Below are positions 13,756-28,263 of a DNA stretch of 64,000 nucleotides, piece by piece. How positions within the stretch are numbered: the stretch's first letter is position 1; every line of letters starts with the position of its first letter. Source of the stretch: Octopus vulgaris. Taxonomy: Eukaryota. The notes beneath the pieces are model-generated. The model did not search any database and was not told where the DNA came from. It was given only the letters and a program-made list of their open reading frames with translations. Location of the stretch: NCBI GenBank assembly GCA_951406725.2, contig OX597817.1, positions 43,214,001 through 43,278,000 on the forward strand, in the 5' to 3' direction. Position numbers and translations under genes: made by a program.

Positions 13756-15349
13756 GTGTGCATTACGTAGTCGGTCGATTCAGCTGAAAATATGCACACC
13801 TATGTTAAAAGTGCTGGCAAGTTTGCATGACAACTATTTTTTCCTCAAATGAAAGGCGTCACCTCTAGGACAAAATTCCTCATCTTATAAAATGTGGCCC
13901 CAGTAGACCCGAATGAAATCGGGTTATATTAACCAAAATGTGAAAAGGGGTCTAAATGGGGCTGGAAGGGGATTAAATTTTCAAGGAGCGGGTGCTTAGG
14001 AATTCTCTGTTACATCAAGCTAAAAAATTTGCGCCAGCCTTTTAATCGTCAATGTGTTGCCGTCCATGATAAAGAAGTTTTGAATGCTTGCCATGGTGAG
14101 TCTACTGTCGTGAGAAAGAATCACTTCAAAACTTGGTGTTTACGAATTTTCTTTTACATCAAGTTCAAAATTTTACGCCAGCCGTTAAACTGTCAATACG
14201 TTGCTGTCCGTCGTTAACAAATGCCAGCCATGGTGACTCTACTATCCTCAGATTCTATCCCTTCAAACTTTGGTTTCCAATATTTTATTATTTTTATTCA
14301 GCTCGCAAGTTCGTCTGTCCCTTTTAAATGTTAGCGTTTTGCTGTCTGCCTTGAAGCAGACCTTTCCGTTGCCACTGCCTGATATTTCTGATTGATCTTT
14401 CTAAATATTTTATTTCTCAACTTACTCAAGATCTTTTGTTGTTTATAAGTGGGAGATAGATAGATAAAGATAGAGTAAGAGAAAGCGAGGGAGAGTCCGA
14501 GAGAAAAGAAAAGTAAGAGAGTGGGAAAGTGAGAGAGAAAGGAGAGAGAAACAAAGACGGAGAATCATCATCATCATCATCGTTTAACGTCCGTTTTCAG
14601 TGCTAGCATGGGTTGGACAGTGTGACCAGGGTCTGGGAAGCCAGGAGGCTGCACCAGGCTCCAGTCTGATCTGGCAGTGTTTCTACAGGTGGATGACCTT
14701 CCTAACGCCAACCACTCTGTGAGTGTAGTGGGTGCTTTTTTCGTGCCGCCGGCACAGGTGCCAGGGGGGCTGGCAGCGGCAACGATGGGTTGGTGTTTTT
14801 TACGTGCCACCGGCACAGAAGCAAGTCAAGGCGGCGCTGCAATCGGCCACGTTCGGATGGTGCTTTTTACGTGCTGAAAGGAAGCAACAGAAAGTAACAA
14901 CCACACTCTTACCCGCGCGTAGAGCGGGTCACCTTCAGCTAGTATATTTATGAAACTAAAATGCGAAAAGTTTGTTTGTTTGACTCGACCGCTTGGATCG
15001 CTTTCAAGGCCACTACATACTGTCGGATTGACTCAAAAATTTACAGGGACATGTAAAATGGGGTGACGATGCCCGTGGGTTATGTTAGAAATCCCTATCT
15101 TAAAAGGTGTGGTTGCTAGGACCAAAAACCCACTTTGACAAGTCCACTCTCAGTCTTTTCTGTATCTGTCTTCCTCACTCACTCTATTTCCTCCCCTCCC
15201 AGCACTTTCTATATATAACGTCGATACGTCAAACGGCGTTCTACAGCGCTTTCACACACTCTCTCTCTACATGTCTGTCTGCATTCATACAGATAAATAT
15301 CATCATCATCACCACCACCACACAGGTTTGGGTGGCCGCACAGCTAGAG

Positions 15350-16105
15350 TTAGACAACGGTTAATAACATTCGATGTTGATAATACCTGGATTGTTCCAT
15401 TCAACCCTTTGCTTTCCAAAACATTTAATGTACACATTAATGTTGAGTACTGCAGTTCGGTGAGATGCATACAATACCTCCGCAAGTACATTAATAAGGG
15501 CGATGATATGGCCGTGTTTGTGTTCAGTGATGAAGACCTTAGACATGACGAAATTAAACAATTCGTTTTGGGTAGGTATGTATCCTCCAATTATGCAGCG
15601 TAGCGCATTTTTCGATACGAGATTCATCTAAGCTCACCATCAGTTTTCCACCTGAATGTTCATTTACAGAAGAGACAGCTGGTTTACTTCACAGAGAATA
15701 ATGCATGTCAAGTCATTGAAAATCCAAAAGGGACTACGCTTACAGCGTTTTTTAAATTGTGTTCAGTTGATGAGTTTGCTGCTACTCTCGTTTACCCTGA
15801 AGTACCGGAATATTACACATACAACAACTATAATTGGAAGCACAGGTCACATGGAACAGAACTTGACAATTGGCCCAGTGTTTCTAGGAAGAACGTCATT
15901 GCGTGTGTGTATAATATTCATCCTACCAAACAGGAAATCTTCTTTTTGAGAATGCTGCTTCATGTAGTTACTGGACCGAAGTCTTTTGCTGATCTTCGCA
16001 CGGTTGATGGTATCATCTGCGCCACTTACAGGGAAGCATGTTTCAGGCGCGGACTACTTCTCAATGACGACCACTTACACAGGACATTAGCAGAGGCCTC
16101 AAAAT
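15350..16105 (+). pseudogene. Helitron RepHel fragment (end of Rep domain and linker before the Pif1-like helicase), interrupted by stops
   Basis: DNTWIVPFNPLLSKTFNVHINVEYCSSVRCIQYLRKYINKGDDMA, RYVSS, FFLRMLLHVVTGPKSFADLRTVDGIICATYREACFRRGLL; in-frame TAG at 15601. Confidence 0.9.
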
Positions 16106-16190
16106 GAAATTAATTTATATATGTGTGTGTGTATCTATATATAAATATGTATATATAATGTATATATACAAAGTGTATATATCTATATTT

Positions 16191-16249
<59 letters not shown>

Positions 16250-16309
16250 GTATACATTTATATATATACCACACTCTTACCCGCGCGTAGAGCGGGTCCC
16301 CTTCAGCTA

Positions 16310-16357
<48 letters not shown>

Positions 16358-16415
16358 GTATATATACGTATAGATGTAAGTATGTACATATACGCATGTA
16401 TATATGCATATATAT

Positions 16416-16471
<56 letters not shown>

Positions 16472-16605
16472 TTGTATTGAAAGAAATTGCTCTTTCTAGG
16501 GATGTCTTACATCCAAGCGTCAACCGGTTTCTCTCTATATCGATTAATTTATGGATGTTTTCGATATATAAGAACAGAATTTTAGTAATGTAATATTAAA
16601 AAAAA

Positions 16606-16972
16606 AATGGAAAGTTTGAAGACAGCAAAATCAATTTATTTACAAAATAGTAAATTCCTTAATGCCTACGCGCGTTTCACTATCTTCCTTCATTCATATT
16701 TTACAATTAATATTTTACAATTAAAAATTACGTTGTAAATTTCACATGCTGTCTTTCAATCTCTAATGAACACTACATCTATTAGGATGTAAATGAATAT
16801 GTCAATTTTTACCCGGAAGAGAAGTTAACCATCTAAATTCATAATGTAACTTTTGATTGTAAAATATGAATTATAAAATATGAATGAAGGTAGATATTGA
16901 AACGCACGTAGGCGTTATGAAATTGACTGTTATATAAATAAATTGATTTTGCTGTGCTCAAACTCACCATTT
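16606..16972. repeat. Inverted repeat with about 100-bp arms carrying the 3' half of a hammerhead-like motif
   Basis: GACAGCAAAATCAATTTATT...GCCTACGCGCGTTTC versus GAAACGCACGTAGGC...AATAAATTGATTTTGCTGT. Confidence 0.6.
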
Positions 16973-17068
16973 TCTTTATATATATATATATATATATACC
17001 TACCTACCTACCTACCTACCTACCTACCTACCTACCTACCTACCTACCTACCTACCTACCTACCTACA

Positions 17069-17107
<39 letters not shown>

Positions 17108-18526
17108 ATACGCACACATATATAAAAGCACACCACATGCACACACATACATCTATATATATATAAACAACTATAGGTGGTTTGTGGCATGATTATAACT
17201 GATGTTGGCAATTTCAATTAGGAAAAGTGACAGGCAGAGTTTTTGTTCTCTTTTACTTGTGACAACAATCTCGTTGTTATTTCCTTACTGTAGTGAATAT
17301 ATTATAAGCAATATACTTAATCGTAGCAGACAGGGAAGACAGCGAAAAGAAATAATTTAAGAACACTTTAATACATTGGGGGAGAAATGGGATATTTATT
17401 CTGGTATATAGGTTCATTATTTTACAGTTAGAGGCGGGTGGGGTGAAGACAATAAAGACAGAAGGGAAAAATAGAATTAACGAGAAGCTGAATATATGTA
17501 GACAGGGAAACTTAGGTTTGATACATATATGATAAGGAATCAATTCGAATATTTCGAAAGTAGGAATCAAGGAAGTAACAATAAATAGTCATTTTTGATA
17601 AGAAGCTCAGCATGATTTTCAAAATTGTTCATTTGTGTATTTGCACGCGAGTTTGTGAGTGAGATTTAAAGATTTCTTTCTGTTTTGACACTTGTGTCGA
17701 AAGGCGAGGTTATTGAAGTAAAACAGATTTGCATCGAAATAATTCAAACTATCGCTTGTATGTATTTATAGTTTACAAATGTGTTTAGTTTGCTTTTAGA
17801 AATAATGTATAGACGTAACCTTTTAGAAATCGTATGAAGAATAAATTGTTTATAGAAAACATTATGAGACAGCGTCTTTGTTGGAGACATTAAATCGTAT
17901 TGAATTAACAATAAAATAAGGTCAGATGATGTTCATATAGCGTAATGCTATCACTCGGGGATATTGTGAACAGGAAGAGATAAAACAGGAGAGAAAGAAT
18001 GAGTAGAAATATTAGAAAAAGGAATCGAAGTCAAGGAATAACAGGAAGGAGGTAAAAAGAGAAGTAAGAGAAGCTTTAAGCGAGATTTAATCTTTGAATA
18101 TCTTATATAAAATAAAACATACCAGTTAGGTGCAGATATGACTTTGTGGTTAAGGAACTCGCTTTGCGATCATCTGGTTTCAGGTTCAGTTCCAATGCAC
18201 GTCACATTGGGGAAATGTCTTCTACTATAGTTCCAAGCTGGACAACCCAATATATTTTCATCCGAAATAACTTTATAAATTTCCATAAAGGGAAACAGTT
18301 GATACAAAAAAAAAAAAAAAAGTAGCTACCCTTATCAGTTTCTGATTAAAAATCAATAATAAAAGCAAGGTTTTCTTTCTTTTTTAAATAACATTAAATT
18401 TCTTTTGCAGATTCTGAACCTCGGATATTCAAAACAGGAAAATTCGAAGACAGTTAAAAGAACAGAAAACGTGTCCACGTTCATCGTTCATTGTGTGTTT
18501 TTTCGTGTGTATATAAATATACATAC

Positions 18527-18606
<80 letters not shown>

Positions 18607-18612
18607 GTATGT

Positions 18613-18643
<31 letters not shown>

Positions 18644-18789
18644 ACATTTATTATAAATATTATGTATATACATATGTGCATATATATATATACATATATA
18701 CATATATATGTACATATATACATATATATATATGTGTGTGTGTAAGTGTGCGTGTGTATGCATACATACACAACACACACATATATATG

Positions 18790-18835
<46 letters not shown>

Positions 18836-19249
18836 ATTTACATCAATCTGTTTGTGCTTGTGTGTGTATGTGTGTGTGCGTGCTACTTTTAACGAGAAAG
18901 ATACGTTATAGTGCTTAATTTATCGGACTACATTTATTATAAAGTTTACTATTTATTAAAATTATTGCTGAATTTGTATAGTCTTGTTTTGAAAGGTTAA
19001 AATTTTGCTTTGTCCTACAACTTGTTCGGCCTTGTCTGACGTATGAAGATTAAAAGAAAAAAAATCTTTACACGTGACTTTGGGTTTTAGAATATTGATT
19101 CTAAAGATATTTAAGTCTCTACCGTCGAACTAGCAATTTACACACACACACGTTTGTGTGTGTATACATATGTATATATGTAACAATATCTGTTTTAATA
19201 AACGATTTCACGTAATGAATCATGCAAAACAAAAATATAAACGTATATA

Positions 19250-19483
19250 GAGGGTTGGTCAAATGTCACATGACAGTAAATCAAAACCCACTTAATTCCA
19301 AGATTTATTTATGCTTAACAACTGAATGAATTCAATAAAGGCATCTAAATATGAAACGTCATGAAAATTGTTCAAACTGAAGTCTTTCTTGAGCAACACA
19401 TTTTCCCATTCGAGTCAATACAGAATTACAGATAGTATTTATGGAATCTTGATTTACTGTCGGGTGATTTTTGGTCAACCCCT
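19250..19483. mobile_element. Tc1-like MITE (family also at 54366-54605 and 61609-61842)
   Basis: TIRs related to CAGGGTTGGCCAAAAGTCAC; about 235 bp. Confidence 0.7.
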
Positions 19484-19557
<74 letters not shown>

Positions 19558-19883
19558 GATATATATATATATGTATGTATATATGTTAAACGAAGTGTAC
19601 AGTAATATATATCCAATACTGTCGATATTACAAGTCGATTTTGCACCAGGGGTTCAACGGGACGTTAGGTAACAGTCCGTTTATGTAATCCTGCACTCTT
19701 CAGAGTTAGCAAGTTATGGAAGAAAATATGGCGACTGCTACACCCCTCCCACACGCACACACACACGTGTATGTGTATGTGTGTGTATGTGTGTATGCAT
19801 GTATGTGCATATATGTATTATAATGTATCATACATATGCAAGAAGAATGGTGACAGTGGCGTAGGAGTTTCGGCGTACTCGCC

Positions 19884-19937
<54 letters not shown>

Positions 19938-19938
<1 letters not shown>

Positions 19939-20328
19939 TTGCAGTATCGCCCGGCGTTGCTCGGGTTAGTTTCGACTCTTTAGAATTGGAATTTTTGAAA
20001 AGTAAAAATTTTGTACTATGTAACTTGTTATTCTCTTTAAGTGAACATTATTCTGGTTGAAATACACTGAAAAATGGCGAAATAGCAGTAAAAAAATCGT
20101 AAAAAATAGGGATTCTCATAGAAAAAAAGCACCTTTTTGATGTAAATAATTGTTGGTGTTAACGTGGTCCGATTTGAATTTTTTCTTCTACGGAAGGAAG
20201 AGCAAGCCTTCTTCTATCATACTCTTAATTTTGGCCAACTTGCGTCGCAGGGTTTCGGAGGAAATAGTGTTAGTTGAAGGCTACCAAACCTGCCATACAT
20301 AGACAACTTCAGCTTTATATATATATAT
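19938..20328 (-). mobile_element. Non-autonomous Helitron related to 10268-11282
   Basis: Same terminus GCAGTATCGCCCGGCGTTGCTCGGGTT; flanked by (TA)n. Confidence 0.7.
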
Positions 20329-22597
20329 ATAATGTAGAATAGAATATATAAATAAAACATAGAATAAAAAGCACGAACCTTTAAAACGAGGGATTTCGAA
20401 CTAACCAACATATGGTCTATAGGTTTGCTGAAGATATCACTCATTTCCCCCTAATCACATCATAAACTCTTTGAAAATGAGGAACATATTAGAAACACCA
20501 CGCAAAAACAAAGCTAAACAAAACCAAAGAAAAACAAAAGCGGAATGTTAATGGCCAGAACGCTTTTGTTTATAGATGTGCTTGATTAGAATTGACATGA
20601 GATTTAAAAAAAAACAGCAGACGAATTTTAATTTTCAATTTTTAGTCATTTTGCTCACAAATAACCCTTTTCTAGAAGCATTTTCAAGAAATCAATAAAA
20701 TTGATAAACACAATTTACATTGTAAAGAGCATTATTTATGAAGTCCTTTTCGTTACACATAAATACATTTTTATTCAGTAAAACCTGTATATACTTATAG
20801 TTTAATGAAGTGTAGCGTGTTTAGTGTAATGAGCCAAGAAGAAAAATATAAAACATTAGGCGTTAATGAAAAGTTATTAAGCGTTAAATGACAATGTTTT
20901 GGTGTTCAAGGAAAATTAAGGAAAGAACTATATTTAAAACGACTAAACATTAAAATGAAAACAAACTGTTAGAGAGGGAGAGTCTGATCTTTGGTATGTG
21001 GAGATAACTTCAGACGTATTTCCATTTTATTAGCCCTACCCAACCGTGAAATATATATTTAGCCAAACGCATATTTAACAAATCACACAACAATGTGATA
21101 GGATATAGCTTTTTGTGGGGTGATTATTCTTTTATTAGACAATTTAAAATAATGACAATTGTAAAAATTTCAAAGGATGCCTTCTATATGGAAGGCATAT
21201 ATAGTTAAGTGCGGTTTAGCATTCGTAGAGAACCAAAAAGAAAATTTTAATTAATTGAAATTAAGTCCCAATGAAAAGATTTTAGCGCTAATGACAATTT
21301 TTCAAGAGAGGCAGGAGAGAGAACTTTTAAATTTAAATTATTAAAAAAAGAAGAAAAGTAGAAAATATACACGGGCAATAAATTTACTGTTAGTATGTAC
21401 AGTGACAATTCTCGGAATTATGGGCGCAGATATGGCTGCGTGGTTAAGGATATCTACGTTATTTCGGGTAAAATCTCACTAAGCGATACCTTTGTGAGGT
21501 GTCTTCAATATATCCCTGTCAATCAAAGTCTTGCGAATGAGAAGAATCATATTTGATTTAAACGGAAACTGCAGTAACTACGGAAACTGAGTGTCAGAAA
21601 AACTGTCCTTTTTTTGGGTGGTAAGACTTAATCCGACCTTCGGATAAACACCACCGCCTGGGCTTTGGGCGTCATAAATGGAGTTCAATCTTTTGCAAGT
21701 ATTCAGTCCAGGTCTTCAGCCAAAGAATAACTGCTTCATTTATTTCCAGCGGTCTCAGAATCTCCGAAAAAGTTGATAGACACTGTCTTTTCTAAAATAA
21801 ACAATACCATTTTGGATCAATAGGAATATCTCTTTTCTAGTTCAAGATGATTATAATTCATAGTGCATAACTAATTCGAAATATCAAGTTTACTTCGTTG
21901 AGTCTCATATTTTTGAATAATGTTTATCGACAGCCGCAATTAAAGATGAAAATATTCCATAATCTTTTTAACTTACTGAACTGAGAATTAACCCATTGGA
22001 TTGTTGACTGTAAGAACTTATTCCTTAGCTTGGAAAAAGATTATAAAGAAAACAACCAGATTTGGGAATTTTAAGATAATTCATCAAATCACATATCAAC
22101 CTCTTAGAAAATTATGTTCCTCTTGGCAGTAATGAGCGAACTTATAGTAATATGCGAACCTAAAATATTTTTAGAAATTCAAGCATGATTAGAAACCGAA
22201 CTGCATCAACAGGGTGTATTGTAGACACGTATGTAACCTTTCAGAAGAACAATAATCCAGAAATTTGTAGTAACTTCGCAATGCAAAAAAAAAAAAAAAA
22301 AAAAAAAAAAAAGATTCAAAATTCCTCAACGTACAGTTGACATTGTTGACGACGACTTAGGAGAGCTAATATCGAAGGTTGCATGTGGTTATTCTAATTT
22401 TAGTAACATCGCTTTGCAGATAGCACCCTGCGGTTTCTTTGCAGTGTCTATTTTCGCAGTGTGGTCGAATGTATATTTACCAAACATACGTCTGTGAAGT
22501 TAATCACAATTTATATTTGAAAATGTAAAAAACAAAAAAGCCTACAGCACATGTAAGGTAAAAAAATATTTATTAACCTTAAAAATAATCTGTACAT

Positions 22598-22922
22598 CAG
22601 TGTTTCTCAAACTATCTGATGTAGCGTACCGGCAGATTTTTTCCTCATTGTGCCAAGGACCGGTAATATTTTTTAGTAATATTAATTTATATGGGAAACA
22701 ATATATATAATGGATATAATAAAAATTGACAATTTTTTTTCATCGTATATTTATTTTGTAAACAAATAATAGTAACTTCACAATGCAAAAAAAGATTCAA
22801 AATTCCTCAACATACAGTTGAAATTACATAAGCATTTTATAAGCATTTTATAAAGTTTCTCCTTTCTGGAAACTCGCTGCGTACCGTCACCGGTCCGCAG
22901 ACGACCACTTTGAGTAGCGCTG
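22598..22922. mobile_element. hAT (Charlie-like) MITE, old
   Basis: CAGTGTTTCTCAAA ... TTTGAGTAGCGCTG termini; TSD degenerate. Confidence 0.55.
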
Positions 22923-23349
22923 ATATATATTATTTTTAGGTGAAAGGAAAAATACCACAAAACCTGTAAAATTTAAGTTCGCGTTTCCTAGAATAAAATA
23001 AAAAAAAAAAACCCACCCGAAATATGCTTAAAAATCTTGTCTCGTTAGTGCGTCTTGAATTTACCCATCAGGGCTTGGGTGGTAGTGAAACAATTGAGGT
23101 AACAAAAAGTACAAAGAAGAAACTATCGGGATTGTTTTATTAAGTTTAGATACTAAGAAACACAGAATTAAGTTTGCGGTTTCTGTATTCTTTTTAAAAC
23201 CCAAAGCTATTTAAAAAGTTACTTCTCAATGCTTCTTGCGTTTTGTCACATGCCATTTACCGTTAGAACCACATAGGTCTTAGTAAAAACCTTTCTGTTC
23301 CTTCGGCAGTGACTTTTCCCTAAATGACGTCATTATTACAAATAGGTTC

Positions 23350-24185
23350 AAGGCGGTGAGCTGGTAGAATCATTAACACGTCGGGCAAAATGCTTTGCAG
23401 CATTTTGTCCATCTGCAACGTTCTGAGATCAAATTCCGCCAAGGCTGACTTTGCCTTTTATTCTTTCAGGATTGATAAATTAAGTACCAGTGAAATACTG
23501 GGATCGATATCATCAACTAGTCTCCTCCCACAAAATTTCAGGCCCTGTGCCTTTAGTAGAAAGGATTATTACAAGCAGGTTTTAAACGGTGAGCTGGCAA
23601 CATCGCTATCGTGCTGGACAAAATGCTTAGCAGTATTTTATCCGTCTTTATATTCTGAGTTCAAATGCCGCCTGGATCGACTTTTCCTTTCATCTTTCCT
23701 GGTTCGATAAAATAAGTACCAGTTGAACACTCGGGTCGATGTATTCAGCTTATTTCCTCGCTCGAAATTCCTGGCTGTCTGCCAAAATTTGAAACCATTA
23801 TTAGAAGCAGGTTCGTCTGCCACTACGTTCTGAGTACAAATTCCACCGAGGTCGACTTTGCCTTTCATCCTTTCGGGGTCGATAAATTAAGTACCAGTTG
23901 CGTACTGGGTTTGATATAATTGACCCACCCCCAAAATTGTTGCGCCAAAATCTGAAATCATTATTACATAAGGTGGCAACTAGTAGAATCGTTAACAAAT
24001 CGGACAAAACGCTTAACGAAACTTCTTCCGACACATTACGTTCTGAGTTCAAATTCTGTCAGGTCTACTTTACCTTTCATTCTTTTGAGGCCGATAAAAT
24101 AAGCATCAGTGGAGCACTCGGGTCGATGTAATCGACTTAACCCCTCCCCACAGATTTCAGGCCTTGTGCCTATTTTAGAAAGGAT
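23350..24185 (+). mobile_element. Cluster of four diverged head-to-tail copies of the same SINE family
   Basis: Repeated GCCTTTCATCCTTTCGGGGTCGATAAA-like domain at about 23450, 23685, 23860 and 24070. Confidence 0.7.
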
Positions 24186-24201
24186 TATTATTATTATTAT
24201 T

Positions 24202-25536
24202 ATTTTTTTTTTCTTCTTTCAAATTTGCTTCCATTTCTTGCCGAGTGTCTTCCCGACTCCTAGGGCAAAGAAACTCATAGTATACATTGGTAGGCCATTA
24301 AACCAAACTCAATAGTTCGTTCATTTTATTTTAATTAAAAAAATTTTTTTTTAAAGTTAAATTAAGATACATGAGCAGCAACAGTTCTCACATCGACAAT
24401 GCTCTTCTCAATACGTGTGATGTACCAGTTAAGACAATCTTTTGCACTTCTTGCAGGGATGGTAAGCCAGGGATCATTCTCATATAATTTTCGGTTCCCT
24501 TCTTGATCATTCCTAGTGCTCCTACAATCACTGGTATTGTAACCGCCTTGAGATGCCACATTTTCTCAATTTCAATGAGTAGGTCTTTATATTTTCTGAG
24601 CTTGTCAAACTCTTTCGCTGAGATATTATGATCACAGGGGATGCTCATGTCGATCAATAAGCAAACTTTATTGTTTTGATCTTTCACAACAATATCTGGT
24701 TTATTGGCCTTGATGGTTCGGTCTGTATGTACCGGAAAGTCCCACAGAATGGTTACATTTTCTCCTTCAGTTACAGCCTTAGGGTGGTGATTATACCACT
24801 TGTCGGCAGTTTTGATATTGTAATGCCGACTTATTAGCCAGTGGAGATATTGGCCAACTCTGTCATGTCTTAATTTATACTCCACTGGTGCTAAGACTTT
24901 ACATCCAGAGATTAGGTGGTCCACTGTTTCAATCATGTCGTTGCAGAATCGCATTTTGGGTCTGCTCCATTTTTCATCACATTGGCCTGGTAGTTCCGGG
25001 TTAATAGGCTTTGATCTTGAGCAGCCAGGATGAAACCTTCGCTCTCTGCTTTTAGCCCCGAGCTCCGTAGCCACTGATGGGTTTGCTTCTGGTCAACATC
25101 AGCTTGTTTGCTGCGGGCCACATATTTGCCGCGCAGAGGTTTCTCCTCCCACCTATCAGCCAATTGCTCGTGCGCTTTTTTCGTTGCCATTATTTTTACC
25201 TTCTTTGCAACAATAGTTGCCGTACTTCCCTCGGGTTGTTCAGTTTGGGTATCCTGCACGAGATCAATAGCAAATTTTTTGCTTTCCTTTATGATAGAAT
25301 GAAGCTTCTTTCGTCTCTCGTGATTTTCCACGAGCTTTAGCATCCAGTCATTCGTTATTTCGAGATATTTGGCCAGTCCAATTGTGGTTGTTTTGTAAGC
25401 TAGTTCAAATTGGATCAGGCCTCGACCTCCTTGGGCTCTGGGAAGGTAAAGGCGATCTACGTCTGCCTTTGGATGGTGCATCCTATTACAACTCAGCAGC
25501 TTGCGTATTTTCCTATCTATATTCTTTACTTCACTC
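24202..25536 (-). mobile_element. 5'-truncated R4/Dong-like non-LTR retrotransposon (RT thumb region, CCHC knuckle, restriction-like endonuclease); one frameshift near 24951
   Basis: RLYLPRAQGGRGL, C-RF-C...H-LISG-C, RHD, ILWD, NKPDIVV...LIDMS...K..KY, PVIVGALG; both flanks are (TAA)n. Confidence 0.88.
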
Positions 25537-26676
25537 ATTATTATTATTATTATTATCATTATTATTATTAATGATACAGTTACTTTTGACTCGAGTCGAA
25601 CTGCATGTTTTGTTGAAAGTGTCGCTGTCACTTCGTAATAAACAATTTTTTAAGCGATTTTTTTGATGGCTGATACTCCCTTTTTGATATATTTCTGTAA
25701 TATTTGTATCTCTCTCTTTTTGAAATGTGTGCCTTTTTGTTTTGTAAAATTTTCTGAATAATTTAGAGACGTATTATTTTCCACGGTTGTTTTGATATTC
25801 CTACATGAATAGACCTGACGAAGTACCCATTCTTCTTTGTAACCACTGTTACATATATTATTTGATTTATAACCACTGTTACATATATTATTTGATTTAT
25901 CCTGGTGACATTGATGCTCATGTTTGTTTTTATTCATAGTACGACGACTACTTACCGCTTTTTATTGTTGTTATTTCATGATTAAGATTTTCCCTCCCGT
26001 TTGCCTGTGTAAAAAGCGTATATAAATTTTAATCATTTGTTTTTATATCCATAAATTTCTATTTTTTATTAATTTTCGTCTGTGTGTTTTTGGTTCGGCC
26101 TTTGTTGGCCAGTATTCTGTTGGAATGATTGAGTTGATTTTTGTATATTGACATTTATTTGCTTAGTTTGTCTATGTTAGGAATAACGTACATTAATTAC
26201 ATTCTCAATGCTTTAATATTTTAAATCACGTTGTTAGTATTTTGGTTCCGTTTGGACCAGGTTTAGCTGTTCGAACTCAAAGCCAATTTCTTGTCAGAAT
26301 TTTGTGACCACAGATAAAACCAATTTAAATCCATTTGCTATTACTTTGTCGTTTATAGTCCACAACGTAGCCATCATCTGGATTGGAAAAGTCTTGTGTA
26401 ACATTTATGACCGGTTTTATATATTGCTTCCTGACGTTTAGGATATTCTCCGAGAAATGTGCGGTCGTTGGATGTTGGATTTATTGTGTAGTGTGATGTT
26501 GTTTCGTAGGTTTCTCGTATAGTCGTAGGCAAGGCTCTATGGTCGAGAAGCTCGTTTTGCAACCACGGGGGTTTCCGGTTCAGTCCCACTGCACGCACCT
26601 GGGGTAAGTGTCTACTATAGCGCTGGGTCAACGAATGCGAGTGAATTTAGTAGTTGGAAACTGTATAGATGCCTGT

Positions 26677-27668
<992 letters not shown>

Positions 27669-27790
27669 AGAGGGCATTATTACATATAAATGCCTCACGC
27701 TAAGAGGGACAATAAGTCATTTCTACCAAAAAATATTACTAATCATACCCAATGCAGTTTTTCAAAGCAAGACATTTAAAAAATGAATTT

Positions 27791-27860
27791 AGTCTTATAT
27801 CACCTGTGATTTCGCACTCAACCGCAGAAGAATTTGCGTCCAATGCTCATCAGTAAGACT
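27791..27860 (-). ncRNA. Type I hammerhead ribozyme motif, intact core
   Basis: Minus strand reads AGTCTTA-CTGATGA-GCATT...GAGTGC-GAAA-TCAC-AG-GTGA-T-A-TAAGACT: 7-bp stem I, canonical core, extended stem II, stem III, AUA cleavage triplet. Confidence 0.85.
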
Positions 27861-27979
27861 GATTCTGAACATATCATAAATAAGCGACCAGTACCGTCGG
27901 AGTCGAACAGCCAACTGCTCTTTCTAACGAAGCACATGGAAAAGTTTATATATTTATATATGTATATATATATATATGC

Positions 27980-28011
<32 letters not shown>

Positions 28012-28012
28012 G

Positions 28013-28043
<31 letters not shown>

Positions 28044-28050
28044 TTATATA

Positions 28051-28139
<89 letters not shown>

Positions 28140-28146
28140 GTATATA

Positions 28147-28249
<103 letters not shown>

Positions 28250-28263
28250 GTATATATATATAT

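Larger units (their letters stand above)
9439..16310 (+). mobile_element. Tandem Helitron array, four head-to-tail units (9439-12659, 12660-13098, 13099-14942, 14943-16310)
   Basis: 5' TC at 9439; each unit starts with related AACTGAAATGCG...CCGCTTGGATCGCTTTCAA sequence and ends with hairpin ACCCGCgcgtagaGCGGGT (or variant) followed by CTAG. Confidence 0.88.

Noticed and set aside
18411-18452. Candidate 42-nt phase 1-1 exon (SEPRIFKTGKFED) after a strong ttttgcag acceptor
   Set aside because: Only a weak GTTAAA donor before an in-frame stop, and not needed for the reading frame; needs RNA-seq
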